DNA of 64,000 nucleotides, taken from contig CAWCVB010000007.1 in assembly GCA_963798915.1 (NCBI GenBank), forward strand, positions 64,001 through 128,000. The letters are read 5' to 3'. The first letter of the stretch is position 1; every line of letters starts with the position of its first letter. The notes under the pieces were generated by a model, which saw nothing but the letters and a program-made list of their open reading frames with translations, was not told the origin of the DNA and ran no database searches. The stretch is from an uncultured Gemmatimonadales bacterium (GTDB lineage: Bacteria; Gemmatimonadota; Gemmatimonadetes; Gemmatimonadales; GWC2-71-9). Below are positions 1 through 10,474 of this stretch, one piece after another. Position numbers and translations under genes: made by a program.

Positions 1-355
1 CCTCGAACGGAAACGTAACCAACACGCAGTGCTCGCCGTCGGTGACTCCGTCGTCGATCGGCTCGCAACACTCCTCGCGAAACGCAAGCCGACGACCGGG
101 CTGAAAGAGGGGCGCGGCATGGTGCCGCCACCACGTCGCCGCGGCGGGCGCGCGCTCGGCGAGCAACGACACGGCGGTCTCGGTATCGACAACGTAGCCT
201 CGGAAGGCGTCCTTCCTGGCGGAGGCGATGCCGGAACTCTGACCCACGACCAGCCCCCGCTTGCCTGGCGGCAGCGGGATCTCCAGACCGACCCACTCCC
301 GGCGAATCTCCTCCGGCGCCTCTCCGGCCGGTACGGCGATGATCTTGATCTTCAT
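1..355 (-). CDS. hypothetical protein (runs off window edge)
   Basis: Manually read ORF MKIKIIAVPAGEAPEEIRREWVGLEIP..., open to position 1. Confidence 0.55.
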   Translation of the reverse strand, partial: MKIKIIAVPAGEAPEEIRREWVGLEIPLPPGKRGLVVGQSSGIASARKDAFRGYVVDTETAVSLLAERAPAAATWWRHHAAPLFQPGRRLAFREECCEPIDDGVTDGEHCVLVTFPFE

Positions 356-374
356 CGGATGACCTTGAAATCCA

Positions 375-824
375 TCACTCCAGCTCTCGCAATTGCAGTG
401 CGTCGAATTCCAGGATGCGCGGAGGGTCCTCCGTGAAGTCGGAGTACCGCATCCACGTCGGTCGGGCCCTGAAATACGTGAGGCCGGGCCAGTGCTGGCG
501 CTCCCGACCGCCTGGAAACACCGCAAGGTAAAGATCGACAAGGCGGCGGCGGTCGGCGCCAACCGGCTCATCCACGACACCTTCATATTGGACCGTGCGC
601 TCATCGGGAGTGTTCAGGCCTCCGATGACGAAGGCGATGTGCGGGCGATGCCGAAGGTTTTGCGCCTTCCGCGAACTGGCTAGCGTATCAAAGATGATCT
701 CGAAGGCGTCCGTGATGGCGATGCCAATCACGGCGCTCTGCGGCCCTCCCGACGCGTGCGTGGAACTCTGCACCGCGTAGGGGTGGCTGCGCAGGAAGCC
801 CAACAGGGCAGCTCGAGTGATCAT
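375..824 (-). CDS. pyridoxamine 5'-phosphate oxidase family protein
   Basis: PQSAVIG...SRKAQNLRHRPHIAFVIG...TVQYEG pattern. Confidence 0.8.
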   Translation of the reverse strand: MITRAALLGFLRSHPYAVQSSTHASGGPQSAVIGIAITDAFEIIFDTLASSRKAQNLRHRPHIAFVIGGLNTPDERTVQYEGVVDEPVGADRRRLVDLYLAVFPGGRERQHWPGLTYFRARPTWMRYSDFTEDPPRILEFDALQLRELE

Positions 825-976
825 GACCTCAATGTGTGGCGCTGGAAACCAACCAGCGCTTCAGCGGCAAGGCATCTGGCGGAGCGGCGCATCCTGGAAT
901 CGAAGATGCCGCGCGCCCAGCTGACACGCTGTCGCTCGCCCAGCAGCAAGAGCGCGCCAGGTGGCAGCAATGCGAG

Positions 977-1666
977 CTACCCCACGGCGCCAAAAAGGCG
1001 CCCGATCATGGCGGTCACGCCCATCGCGACGGCACCCCAGAAGGTGACGCGGACGGCCGCGCGCAATGGAGCGGCTCCCCCCAGGCGCGCCGCCACCGTC
1101 CCGAGGAGGCCCAGCAGAAGCAGCGACGCGCCAATGGTCACCGGCACCACCACGCTGATCGGGAGCACCAGGACGACCAGCAACGGCAGGACCGCACCGC
1201 CTGCGAACGAGGCGGCCGACGCCAGCGCCGCTTGCAGCGGTCGAGCAGCGCTCAGCTCGGACAGGCCCAATTCATCGCGAGCATGCGCCCCCAAGGCATC
1301 GTGGGACATCAGTTGCGTGGCGACCTCGGACGCCAGCGCGGGTTCCACGCCCCGCCCCACATAGATAGCGGTGAGCTCCGCGTGCTCCGCCTCGGGTCGC
1401 GTGGCGAGTTCCCCGCGCTCGCGCGCCAGGTCGGCGTGCTCGGTGTCGGCTTGGGAGCTGACGGAGACATACTCGCCCGCAGCCATCGAAAGGGCGCCCG
1501 CGACCAGCCCGGCAAGCGCGGTGAGGAGAACCGGACCACGCGCTGCCTCGGCCGCCGCGACGCCGACCACGAGACTGCTGGTGGAGATGAGGCCATCATT
1601 GGCGCCGAGGACGGCGGCGCGGAGCCAGCCGATGTGGGCGGTGCGATGGCGCTCGACGTGGACCAT
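977..1666 (-). CDS. VIT1/CCC1 family iron/manganese transporter
   Basis: LRAAVLGANDGL and GALSMAAGEYVSVSSQ signatures. Confidence 0.93.
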   Translation of the reverse strand: MVHVERHRTAHIGWLRAAVLGANDGLISTSSLVVGVAAAEAARGPVLLTALAGLVAGALSMAAGEYVSVSSQADTEHADLARERGELATRPEAEHAELTAIYVGRGVEPALASEVATQLMSHDALGAHARDELGLSELSAARPLQAALASAASFAGGAVLPLLVVLVLPISVVVPVTIGASLLLLGLLGTVAARLGGAAPLRAAVRVTFWGAVAMGVTAMIGRLFGAVG

Positions 1667-1698
1667 GCCGAAGGGTACGTCGGCGGGAGAACGGCCGC

Positions 1699-1791
1699 CA
1701 CTTGACGCCGGCTTCTGCGGCGACCAGGCCGACGGACATCACGCACTGCGCCGATGACCTGTCCGCGCATCAGCAGCCGGTATTGTGAGGC
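1699..1791 (-). repeat. degenerate attC-like site
   Basis: CTTGAC..GCTTCTGCGGCG ... CAGCAGCC..GTGAGGC resembles intact attC arms further right; lies between two minus-strand genes. Confidence 0.4.
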
Positions 1792-2093
1792 CGACGGCGG
1801 GAGCAGCGTTCGTCGCATTGCCCCATCGATGGAACCCAGGACCAACTTGCGCCACAGAGGACAACGGCCAGGATGAGGGCCGCAACGGTCGCGAGGAACG
1901 CAAGGGCGCCAGCCGAGTTGACCAGTGGAGCGGATCCGTAGATGCCGGCGAGCGTCTGCGGAAAGAAGAAGTACCAGATCCCGTAGAGCAGGTAGAGCAC
2001 CGCCGCCACGGCCAGGAACACCCTTGCGTTCATGCCGTGCTCCGGGAGCAGGTGGTTACCGACCTGGACACGGCACTGCGTCACGGGCTGCCA

Positions 2094-2549
2094 TCAGAGC
2101 GGGCGGTAGTGATGTTCCGTGAATCGCTTCCAGCCCTTTTTCGACCTCGACTCGACGGCCCACCTGAAGCCGCCGTCTCCCGAGGGCCAGTAGATCATCC
2201 GGGCCAGGCCCGCCGGCATCCGTGCCTCGAACCCGATGGCGGACGGATGGACATCGCTGACATCCGCCATTGCACCGGTGGAGCGCTTGCCGTCCGAGGT
2301 GAACGACCAGAAGCTGAGCACGCCCGACTCGCCGACCCCGAATATGGCGTGTTCCAGGTATTCCCTGCCCGGAATGCCCCATGCTGCATCCAGGACCACG
2401 ACCGCGCCGCCGAGCGCGCGGGCGAACGTCCGGGTACAGCGCACCTGGCCCATTGGGGATTCCGTCGATGCGGACCAGGTACCGAGTAGCGGGTCAAGCA
2501 CGCCAAGCTTGCCTCGGCCACGCTTCCAAGCTCCGGATTGCGCACACAT
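2094..2549 (-). CDS. hypothetical protein
   Basis: Protein-like ORF (LDPLLGTWSA...FWSFTSDGKRS...FTEHHY); start uncertain. Confidence 0.6.
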   Translation of the reverse strand: MCAQSGAWKRGRGKLGVLDPLLGTWSASTESPMGQVRCTRTFARALGGAVVVLDAAWGIPGREYLEHAIFGVGESGVLSFWSFTSDGKRSTGAMADVSDVHPSAIGFEARMPAGLARMIYWPSGDGGFRWAVESRSKKGWKRFTEHHYRPL

Positions 2550-2644
2550 CTCGACTCCGTTTCTGGCACCTGCCGTCCGGGTGACAAATGGAGCTGAGAT
2601 TGTACAGCGTGGCACGACCGGGAGCCAGCGGCCAGCGGCGGCCT

Positions 2645-2674
2645 CTTGACAAGAAAACTTGTCAAGCGTAATAT
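2645..2674 (+). promoter_or_regulatory. sigma70 promoter with overlapping palindromic operator
   Basis: TTGACA-17 bp-TAATAT; perfect inverted repeat CTTGACAAG-AAAA-CTTGTCAAG; GTG start 6 nt after the -10. Confidence 0.75.
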
Positions 2675-2680
2675 CGCTTC

Positions 2681-3283
2681 GTGCTCGACATCCAAGTCAT
2701 TGATGATCCGGCGGCCGCGACGGTAGCCCTGGAGCCGACCCGCAGCCGGCTCCTCTCCGAGCTGGCCGCGCCCGCCTCGGCCGCAACGTTGGCCACGCGG
2801 GTCGGCCTGGCTCGGCAGAAGGTCAACTACCACCTGCACGCACTGGAGGCGCATGGCCTGGTGCGGCTGGCCGAGGAGCGGAAATGGGGCGGGCTGACGG
2901 AGCGGCTGCTCGTCGCGACGGCCGCTTCCTATGTCGTCAGTCCAAGCGCCCTGGGCCCGGTTGCCGTCGACCCGGATCGGGAAGTCGATCGGCTGTCCGC
3001 GAGCTATCTCATCGCCCTGGGCGCCCGGATCGTCCGCGAGGTGGGCGACCTCGTTCGTCGTGCGACCGCGACCGGCAAGCGCCTGGCCACCCTGGCGGTG
3101 GATACCGAGGTTCGCTTCCGGTCGCCCTCGGACCGGGCGGCGTTCACCCATGAACTGGCCGAGGCAGTCGCAAAGCTCGTTTCCAAATATCACGATGCAT
3201 CCACTCCCGGCGGCCGCGCGCATCGGCTGGTCGTTGTGGCACACCCTCTACCCCAGAAATCCGAGTCCAAGGAGCCAGCATGA
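2681..3283 (+). CDS. ArsR-type helix-turn-helix transcriptional regulator
   Basis: RSRLLSELAAPASAATLA...RQKVNYHLHALE winged HTH. Confidence 0.88.
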   Translation: MLDIQVIDDPAAATVALEPTRSRLLSELAAPASAATLATRVGLARQKVNYHLHALEAHGLVRLAEERKWGGLTERLLVATAASYVVSPSALGPVAVDPDREVDRLSASYLIALGARIVREVGDLVRRATATGKRLATLAVDTEVRFRSPSDRAAFTHELAEAVAKLVSKYHDASTPGGRAHRLVVVAHPLPQKSESKEPA

Positions 3284-4104
3284 GCGTGAAGCAAGAAGCC
3301 AACGGTCGCCGGTCCGTCCAGGTCGAATTCGAGGTCCCCGGCACGCCGGAGGAAGTCTGGCAGGCCATCGCGACCGGGCCGGGTATTTCGGCCTGGTTCG
3401 TGCCGGCTGAGTTCGAGGAGCGCGACGGGAAACCCGTCGCCATGACCTTGAAGTTCGGCCCGGGCATGGAGCCCAGTGCTGCCGTGACCGCGTGGGATCC
3501 GCCGCGGATGTTTGCCGCCCAGAATGAGGGTTGGGGTGGCTCGCCGCCCATCGCAACCGAGTGGAGCGTGGAAGCGCGTGCGGGTGGTGTGTGCCTCATC
3601 CGCATTGTTCACAGCCTGTTCGCCAGCACCGACGAGTGGGACAACCAGCTGGAAGGCGCCAAGTCCGGATGGTCAGGTTTCCTGGCGATTCTGCGGATCT
3701 ATCTGGCGCACTTCCGCGGCCAACGCTCCGCCCTCATGCAGGTCACCGCTCCCGTCGCGGGTACGGACGCGGAAACCTGGGACACGCTGACTTCAGCATT
3801 GGGATTGAAAGGCCTGGGCGTCGGGCAGCGCTGGACCACGCCCGCAGGTGTCTCACCGCTGGGCGGCGTGGTGGAGTATCTCACCGAGGATCCGTACGAC
3901 GCCTTGCTGAGGCTCGATACGCCGGGGCCTGGCATCGCGGCCCTTGGCGCCGTCACCTATCCCGGTGGCCAGGGCATGGTGGCGATGAACTTGTACGCGT
4001 ATGGCGATCAGGCCGACGCAACGGTCGCCCGTGAGACACCGATATGGCAAGCGTGGTTTGAGGAACGCTTCCCGATGCCAACCGAGCTGAGCAAGAGCGA
4101 ATGA
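3280..4104 (+). CDS. SRPBCC (AHSA1-like) domain protein
   Basis: EVPGTPEEVWQAIATGPGISAWF; ATGA overlap with regulator. Confidence 0.88.
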   Translation: MSVKQEANGRRSVQVEFEVPGTPEEVWQAIATGPGISAWFVPAEFEERDGKPVAMTLKFGPGMEPSAAVTAWDPPRMFAAQNEGWGGSPPIATEWSVEARAGGVCLIRIVHSLFASTDEWDNQLEGAKSGWSGFLAILRIYLAHFRGQRSALMQVTAPVAGTDAETWDTLTSALGLKGLGVGQRWTTPAGVSPLGGVVEYLTEDPYDALLRLDTPGPGIAALGAVTYPGGQGMVAMNLYAYGDQADATVARETPIWQAWFEERFPMPTELSKSE

Positions 4105-4165
4105 GAACGCTCGCGATCATCTGGCATTCGATGGTTTCGAGGTCAGTTGCATGACGTCTGCCCCG

Positions 4166-4618
4166 TCAACCACTTGTCTGCTGGCCGAGCTCCTGGGCGA
4201 GTCCGACGAGAATCCCTTCGGGGCCTCGGATGTAGCAGAGCCGATATGCGTGTTCGTATTTCACCACGTCGCCGACGAGCTTCGCGCCGAGCTTGCCGAG
4301 CCGGGCGAGTGTATCGTCGATGTCCTCCACGGTGAACATCACACGCAGGTAGCCGAGCGCGTTCACCGGGGCCGTGCGGTGATCGGCGACCACTGGGGGT
4401 GCCAGGAACCGCGACAGCTCCAGCCGGCCGTGGCCATCGGGCGTCCGCATCATGGCGATCTCGACCCGCTGGCCGCTGAGGCCCGTGACGCCGTCTGCCC
4501 AGGCTCCCTCTATGGGCGCGCGCCCCTCGAGGTCGAGCCCCAGCTCCGTGAAGAATGCAATGGCGGCATCGAGATCTTCGACCACGATACCGACGTTGTC
4601 CATCCGCTTGACCGTCAT
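4166..4618 (-). CDS. VOC/glyoxalase family protein
   Basis: DNVGIVVEDLDAAIAFF...YIRGPEGILVGLA. Confidence 0.9.
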   Translation of the reverse strand: MTVKRMDNVGIVVEDLDAAIAFFTELGLDLEGRAPIEGAWADGVTGLSGQRVEIAMMRTPDGHGRLELSRFLAPPVVADHRTAPVNALGYLRVMFTVEDIDDTLARLGKLGAKLVGDVVKYEHAYRLCYIRGPEGILVGLAQELGQQTSG

Positions 4619-4793
4619 GGTTTCTCCCGGGCGTCTGAACGCTCAGCGTAAGAGGCAGGGCCGCGGCGCGCGACCGACTGCGCCATGCGTCTGTCGATCC
4701 ATCCTGGCCGGCCCCTCAATCCGGCCAAAGCGCAGGAACTCGGACGTCACCCCTCACCGAAGAGGATCCTGACGCCCTGCCCCGCCCACTGCC

Positions 4794-5114
4794 TCAAGGC
4801 CTGACCAGGACTTCGCGCCAGAACCCGAACTCGGCCGCGCCGTCAAGAAAGGACTCGGCGGTCGCGAGGAACGCCTGCATGTGGGGCGTCTGCATGTGGG
4901 GCCCGGTAAACGCCTCCAGGCTCTCCCAGTTTTCGATGATCATGAGCCGCAGTGGGTTGTTCGGGTCGTCGTGCACCCGGATGCCGTGACAGGCCGGTTC
5001 CCGGGCCATCACCGTCTCGATGTTTGCCTCCAGCTCGCGCCGCGCCGTCTCCAGCATGTCGGGCCTGATGGCACAGGTGATCACAACGGTGACCGGTTCC
5101 GCCGGTTGGCTCAT
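4794..5114 (-). CDS. antibiotic biosynthesis monooxygenase family protein
   Basis: EPACHG...IIENWESLEAF..HMQTPHM. Confidence 0.8.
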   Translation of the reverse strand: MSQPAEPVTVVITCAIRPDMLETARRELEANIETVMAREPACHGIRVHDDPNNPLRLMIIENWESLEAFTGPHMQTPHMQAFLATAESFLDGAAEFGFWREVLVRP

Positions 5115-5170
5115 CACTTCTCCAGGTCCTGCGGGTTCAGGTGCCGTGTGCGCTTTCTTCCGGCGCCGCG

Positions 5171-5617
5171 CTAGGGCGTGAGGTCGAGCGCTGCCTGCCC
5201 GCTCTGTACGTCCACGGGAACAGAAACCTGCTCATGGACAATGAGCCAGCGGCCATTCATCCGGCGGTAGCAGGCGGTCCAGCGGATCCAGCGGCTGCTC
5301 TTCCCGCCATTCGGGTTGGTCCAGCCGGTCCGGTTGAGGCTGTAGCTGAAGGCCACGGCTTCGCCGGTCGTGATGTGCAGGTCGTGGACCTCGTACTCGA
5401 TTGCTCCCGGGACCGCCTCGAAAAGCTCCAGCCAGCGTTTCCTGAACTTCGCGCCGCCGCCGTGCCGCAGCGGCGGGCCCAGGTCGAAGGAGACGACATC
5501 GGGTGCAAACACCGACATCACGCGGTCGGCGTCCTTGTCCCGGATGCCCTGGGCAAGGGTAGCGACCAGATCGCGAATGGAGGCCTCGGCCGACGCCGGA
5601 ATTTCGGGAGAGTTCAT
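5171..5617 (-). CDS. SnoaL/NTF2-like (YybH-type) protein
   Basis: APDVVSFD...RWTACYRRMNGRWLIVHEQVSVP. Confidence 0.85.
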   Translation of the reverse strand: MNSPEIPASAEASIRDLVATLAQGIRDKDADRVMSVFAPDVVSFDLGPPLRHGGGAKFRKRWLELFEAVPGAIEYEVHDLHITTGEAVAFSYSLNRTGWTNPNGGKSSRWIRWTACYRRMNGRWLIVHEQVSVPVDVQSGQAALDLTP

Positions 5618-5720
5618 GAGGACTCAAACTCCAGGAACTGTCATTCTGAGGCTGCGCGCGCGACGGAAGGGGCCGAAGCTGAAGGCGTGGTTTCGCGCTC
5701 CTTTACAGCGCTCGGTTCGG

Positions 5721-6368
5721 TCAGCGACGCCTCGTCAGCACGACATGGGTTGCGGCGGCAGTCGGCACATGGGTGGTGCACTCGTAGCCCAGGGCCGTGA
5801 GATCGAGACCGTACAGGAGATGCTCGCCGGACCCCAGCACCCTGGGCGCGATCGCCACATGCAGCTCGTCGATGAGCCTGGCTTCGAGGCACTGGCGGAT
5901 CGTCGACACGCCGCCGCCGATCTCCACATCCTTTCCCTCCGCCGCCGCCGTTGCTCGTTCCAGCGCCTCGCGGACACCGCCCGTGACAAAGTGGAATACC
6001 GTGCCGCCTTCCATCGGGACCGGCGGGCGCCCGTGATGCGTCAACACAAATACCGGGCCGTGATAGGGCGGGTTCTTGCCCCACCAGCCGCGCCAGGCAT
6101 CATCGGGCCAGGGACCACGAATCGGGCCGAACATGTTGCGTCCCATGATCCACGCGCCGATGCCTTCGCCAAAACGCCCAGCGAACTCGTCATCGACGCC
6201 GGTGGTGCCGCCGGTCTTCCCACCCATGCGCTGGAACGTGCGGGTCGGGAAGAACCACTCGTGTAACGCCTCCCCGCCGACGCCGAGGGGCTCCTCGCGA
6301 GTCTGGCGCGGGCCGGCCCCATAGCCGTCGATCGAGATCGTGAAATTGTGGACGCGCACACGAGCCAT
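5721..6368 (-). CDS. dihydrofolate reductase family (RibD C-terminal) protein
   Basis: SIDGYGAG...IMGRNMF...IGGGVSTIRQ...IDELH. Confidence 0.9.
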   Translation of the reverse strand: MARVRVHNFTISIDGYGAGPRQTREEPLGVGGEALHEWFFPTRTFQRMGGKTGGTTGVDDEFAGRFGEGIGAWIMGRNMFGPIRGPWPDDAWRGWWGKNPPYHGPVFVLTHHGRPPVPMEGGTVFHFVTGGVREALERATAAAEGKDVEIGGGVSTIRQCLEARLIDELHVAIAPRVLGSGEHLLYGLDLTALGYECTTHVPTAAATHVVLTRRR

Positions 6369-6411
6369 TGTCTGCTCCCGGGCAAGGGTGGCATTCCGAG
6401 ACGCGCGGCAC

Positions 6412-7314
6412 TCAGCCGCGACAGATGCCGGGCCTCAGGCGAAAGAAACGCGCAGCGTTGTTGCAGAGGATATCGTCCTTCTGCGCATCGGTCAGAAAGT
6501 CAGCTTGAAGAATGACGTCGATGCCAAGTCCCTGCAGGTTCGCGAAGTCGGAGCCGAACATGATACGCTGAGCGAAGCCCGATTGCACCAGGCTCCGGAG
6601 ATAACTCAAATAGGCATCGCGCGCCACGATGTTCTCGAACTGAAGGGCTCCAAGGTCGACGTACACGTTCGGGTGGGCGTACATGAGCGCAAGCATGGAC
6701 TCGAGCCGCGGCCAGCCTGCGTGCATGATATAGACGCGAAGCTTCCGGTGCCGAAGCAGCACTTCCTCCAGGAGAAGCGGGTCGCCTGCCGCCATGCGGA
6801 AGTTCGGCGATTTGTGCGGAAACGGGCTGATCTCATAACCAATGGCACGCGGACCCGGCCCCATATGCAGCGCCACCGGCACGTCGAACTCTTCGGCGAG
6901 TCGCCAATAGGGCTCAAGGCGCGGATCGTTGGGTGACATGCCCATGAATTGGGGCATGAGTTCGCCGAACAGCCGGATGCGATGAGCCTGAAGCTCGCCC
7001 CGCAACCACATCGTGTCGGGAAACTCGGCCCCGTTACTGAAGCACCGGGCACCTGATATCGGCGCCTCTCCTGCCTCACACGGAAACATCAGTCCAAAGT
7101 AGAAACGGCTGGTGTCGGCCTTGCTCCACTCGGCCAGGTCGGCCTCAAGTCCGGAGATGATCGCGAACCGTACATTGAGTGAATCGTGGGCGAGCGCCAC
7201 AGCCTGCGGCGGCGCTCCGGCATGGACGTGCGTGTCGATCACGGCCCGCCGCTGAGCGTAGGCGGCAGTGGACGAGGTGACGATCAGCAGGGCAGCGGCG
7301 ACTGGAATGCGCAT
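6412..7314 (-). CDS. amidohydrolase family protein, secreted
   Basis: Signal peptide, DTHVH, LHMG, MHAGWP, MFGSD motifs. Confidence 0.85.
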   Translation of the reverse strand: MRIPVAAALLIVTSSTAAYAQRRAVIDTHVHAGAPPQAVALAHDSLNVRFAIISGLEADLAEWSKADTSRFYFGLMFPCEAGEAPISGARCFSNGAEFPDTMWLRGELQAHRIRLFGELMPQFMGMSPNDPRLEPYWRLAEEFDVPVALHMGPGPRAIGYEISPFPHKSPNFRMAAGDPLLLEEVLLRHRKLRVYIMHAGWPRLESMLALMYAHPNVYVDLGALQFENIVARDAYLSYLRSLVQSGFAQRIMFGSDFANLQGLGIDVILQADFLTDAQKDDILCNNAARFFRLRPGICRG

Positions 7315-7583
7315 GGTAGTGAAGACTCCGTGGTTACGAGCGGCATCACGACAAGCGCTTCGGCGGCGGGCGGCGGCCCGCCCACCACTCAATCTTGATC
7401 CTCGACCTGACAGGCGCTAGCCAGGAAAGGTGCCCGGGCCGGCGGCCTGCCTGTCGAGCCAGCGTAGCAGCCTGGCGCGTCGATCCCGGATGATCGTTGC
7501 CGCCAGAAGGCGTCTCGCACTTGGCGCCTATCCGCCACGGGAGGTTGCAACGTATCGATACTGCGGCCCTCTCGTGATGGCGG

Positions 7584-8162
7584 CTATCCAGACAATCCGG
7601 ACTGCAGTTTCGCGAAGTACCACAACCAGCCCAGGAGCTGGATGGCCACTGCGACGGCCTGAATCCACGACTTCCTGATGAAGATCGCCGCAATGCCGGT
7701 GGCGATGGCCATGGGGACAATGACATAGTTCTGGGCCGGCCATTGCATTGCGCTGGCACCTTGACCGAGCCCGGCGTTTGTGATGATGGTGACCAGAGAG
7801 AGGACGGTGTAGGCGAGAAGGTACTTGCGCCCTTCGTCGGCATGAAAGGCCTGCAGGTCGATCTCGCCCTGTTCGGGGATGCGCGGCGACACCAGGCGTG
7901 CATTCAGGTAGATGCCCGCGGCGACGACGAAGTAGAATGCAACCGAACCGACGCTCCAAGTGGTCACTGCATGCAAATCCCACAGGCCGATCCACCAGGC
8001 GCACGTGAACATCAACGCGGCGCACATCCAGCCTGCATTGAACCATGAGAGTCGTACCCGCTTCGAAGCGATAATGATCTCGCCCGCGGTCGACAGGAGG
8101 TGGGTGACGGCTGCGGCATACACGAACGACAACAGCACAAGGATGAAATCGTACGCGTGCAT
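7584..8162 (-). CDS. hypothetical membrane protein
   Basis: Several hydrophobic segments, start MHAYDFILVLL. Confidence 0.7.
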   Translation of the reverse strand: MHAYDFILVLLSFVYAAAVTHLLSTAGEIIIASKRVRLSWFNAGWMCAALMFTCAWWIGLWDLHAVTTWSVGSVAFYFVVAAGIYLNARLVSPRIPEQGEIDLQAFHADEGRKYLLAYTVLSLVTIITNAGLGQGASAMQWPAQNYVIVPMAIATGIAAIFIRKSWIQAVAVAIQLLGWLWYFAKLQSGLSG

Positions 8163-8221
8163 TCGTGACAACCTCCGGCAATGCGGGCCGCCTGACGCCA
8201 CCCAGAAAGAGCATCGATGCT

Positions 8222-8332
8222 CCCTGACGACCGGCGCTTCAGCGGCGGGCCGGCAACCCGCACATTGGTCAATCTGACGCGTGCGGTTCAACGGCGGCGT
8301 GCGCCGCCGTCCGCTACAGGCTGTGGTGCGGC
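8222..8332 (-). repeat. degenerate attC site
   Basis: CCCTGAC-GACCGGCGCTTCAGCGGCGGG matches the arm of the attC at 35401 and 48058; other arm decayed. Confidence 0.55.
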
Positions 8333-8356
8333 CGCATGGATCGCCACACGATGGGG

Positions 8357-8817
8357 CTAGCGCACCCGGATGTACCTGAGCTGTAGATCCGGCTCCCATC
8401 CGGTCCCACGATTCATCTCACCACGCGCGTCCATTCGGTGCCGCCGTCGTGCAGCGTCGCGGTGTATCGTTGTGCGAAGGCCGGAGAATCTCGCCACCAG
8501 CGCCATTCATCGTTGCGCAACGCCACCACGTATCGGCGCGAGACTCCGCGCTCGTCGAAATAGAGCATGGAACACTCATTGGTGTCATCGTCCGTGCCGA
8601 GGACCGCGATGCCGCTTGGAATCTGCGGTTCGTCGATCTCGGAGCGCCAGATCAGGAAGGCGCCGCCATCAGCCCACGCGAAACTCGCGCGTCCATGCAG
8701 CGCCACCCCTGGAAGGAGTGGGTGCGAGCCTTCCGTCCGCCATTCGCCGAGAAGGAAGCTTAGCGGCTCCAGCGTTGGATTCGGAATGGCGGCTTCGTGT
8801 GCAATAGGTGTGGCCAT
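8357..8817 (-). pseudogene. hypothetical protein with C-terminal frameshift
   Basis: ORF 8413-8817 appears to continue in another frame as RGEMNRGTGWEPDLQLRYIRVR*. Confidence 0.55.
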
Positions 8818-8990
8818 ATCGATCTCGCGGACCGGTTGAATGACGACGATGCCGAGATACGTAATGTGGGCGGCCTGACGGACTGGTACCTCGACGGCGG
8901 GCCGCCGATCCGCACTCCAGTCAATATTCTTCCCGGCAGCTGCACCCGCGATTCGTTTGGATCGTCGAGCGCGTCGGTCCCAAAGCGATG

Positions 8991-9797
8991 TCAGGGCGCC
9001 GTCCCGGCGAGCCCAAGCAGGACGTCAACCAGTTCCCGAGGTCGTGTCACCATCGCATCATGGCCGGCCCCCTGGATCTTGCGCACCGGCCATCCGAGCG
9101 AGGCCGCCCGCTCAGACGCTCGGACGAAACCTGGAATCGATGATACCGAAACGAAACTGCAGGGTACGGAATCCAGGGTGCCACCCAACACTGATGAGGG
9201 GTCAGTGAATGTTCGAACCGGCTGGTCGCAGATCCTTGGCTGCATCCACGCAACATCTGCCGGGTCTCGGATTCCCAACGCGGCGAGGGAGTAGACGGCA
9301 GACATCGGAACACGCCAGCCCGCTCCCAGCTGGTTGGCGATGTCATCGAAATTCACCTTCGGATTGTTGTCCTGGACGGAACGTCCAGGCTGTGGAATCA
9401 GGCCATCGACGAATATGATCTGGCGGAGACGGGCCTGCTGTCGTTTCGCCGCCCCTCCGGCCACCATGCCGGCATAACTATGGACGACCAGCACGACATC
9501 CCGCAGGTCCTCCGTCTCGAGCACTGCAACGAGATCTTCCACGTGAGTGGTCAGTCCAATTTCCGGCCGAGCCAGATGGCGTCGCTCGCCGAGTCCGGAA
9601 AGCGTCGGTACCCACACGTCATGGCCCCGTTCGCGAAGCAGGGGCACCACTTTCCGCCAGCACCATCCTCCGTGCCACGCGCCATGCAGCAGCACGATTC
9701 GCATCCGAGCAGGGCGCTGCGCGCTGGCCAACGTGGGCAGGGTCAGGAGACCGGCGGCGGCCGCCAGAAGACTGCGTCGCGAAATGGTCTGGTCCAT
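8991..9797 (-). CDS. alpha/beta hydrolase with Tat-like signal
   Basis: SRRSLL signal; LLHGAWHGGWCW; VHSYAG nucleophile elbow; GHDAM. Confidence 0.85.
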   Translation of the reverse strand: MDQTISRRSLLAAAAGLLTLPTLASAQRPARMRIVLLHGAWHGGWCWRKVVPLLRERGHDVWVPTLSGLGERRHLARPEIGLTTHVEDLVAVLETEDLRDVVLVVHSYAGMVAGGAAKRQQARLRQIIFVDGLIPQPGRSVQDNNPKVNFDDIANQLGAGWRVPMSAVYSLAALGIRDPADVAWMQPRICDQPVRTFTDPSSVLGGTLDSVPCSFVSVSSIPGFVRASERAASLGWPVRKIQGAGHDAMVTRPRELVDVLLGLAGTAP

Positions 9798-9925
9798 TCG
9801 AAGCTCTCGAAGGTTGGCCTGACGAACTGCCTTTCGACGGCGGGCTGGCAGCCCACACACCTGGTCAATCTTCAGTCTCGGCCCGACGGACGCCAGTACT
9901 GCACGGAGTTGCGGCCGATGGCCGG

Positions 9926-9962
9926 CCTCCACGACCGGCGCTTCAGCAAGCGCCTGTTGGGC
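9926..9962 (-). repeat. internally deleted attC site
   Basis: ACGACCGGCGCTTCAGC joined directly to AAGCGCCTGTTGGGC. Confidence 0.55.
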
Positions 9963-9996
9963 GGTGGGTCGCAATCAGTACACGCGAGAGGAACGC

Positions 9997-10407
9997 TCAG
10001 GCCAGCCCAAGCTGCTGCAGCAGACCTGATTGGTCCCACTGTTCCCAACGCTCGGCCACCATCCCACCTTCAAGGTGATCGATGATCAGCCCATCCACCG
10101 TGACCGAACGACCGGTGGGCGGGACCGGCCCCAGAGGGCCGTGATGGGTACCCGTCGCGCGCCAGCGAATCGCCACACGAGGGCCATCGATCAGTTGGTC
10201 CTCGATGGTGAGGTGCAGGTCAGGGAACGCCGTCAGAAGGCCGGCCATGAACTCCTTCCACGCCGCGACGCCATGAATGGGTTGCGCGACGCCAGTGATG
10301 TGCACGGTACAATCGGTTGCAAAGACCCCATCCGCAGCGGAAACGTCCCCTCGATTCAGGCCCTCCACCCAGAGGCGTTCGTGCTCGACCACCTTTGACA
10401 CGGTCAT
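9997..10407 (-). CDS. ester cyclase (SnoaL-like polyketide cyclase)
   Basis: AFPDLHLTIED...RWRATGTHHGP...PPTGR. Confidence 0.88.
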   Translation of the reverse strand: MTVSKVVEHERLWVEGLNRGDVSAADGVFATDCTVHITGVAQPIHGVAAWKEFMAGLLTAFPDLHLTIEDQLIDGPRVAIRWRATGTHHGPLGPVPPTGRSVTVDGLIIDHLEGGMVAERWEQWDQSGLLQQLGLA

Positions 10408-10474
10408 GTATGACCTCGCGTGGAATAAGAGGTGCTCTCTGGGTGCAAGCGACAGTGCTACCGACGCGAGGTTA

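Noticed and set aside
5721..6368. DHFR-family genes (also 34443-34955) as dfrA trimethoprim-resistance cassettes
   Set aside because: Motifs match the RibD C-terminal-like family rather than DfrA enzymes.
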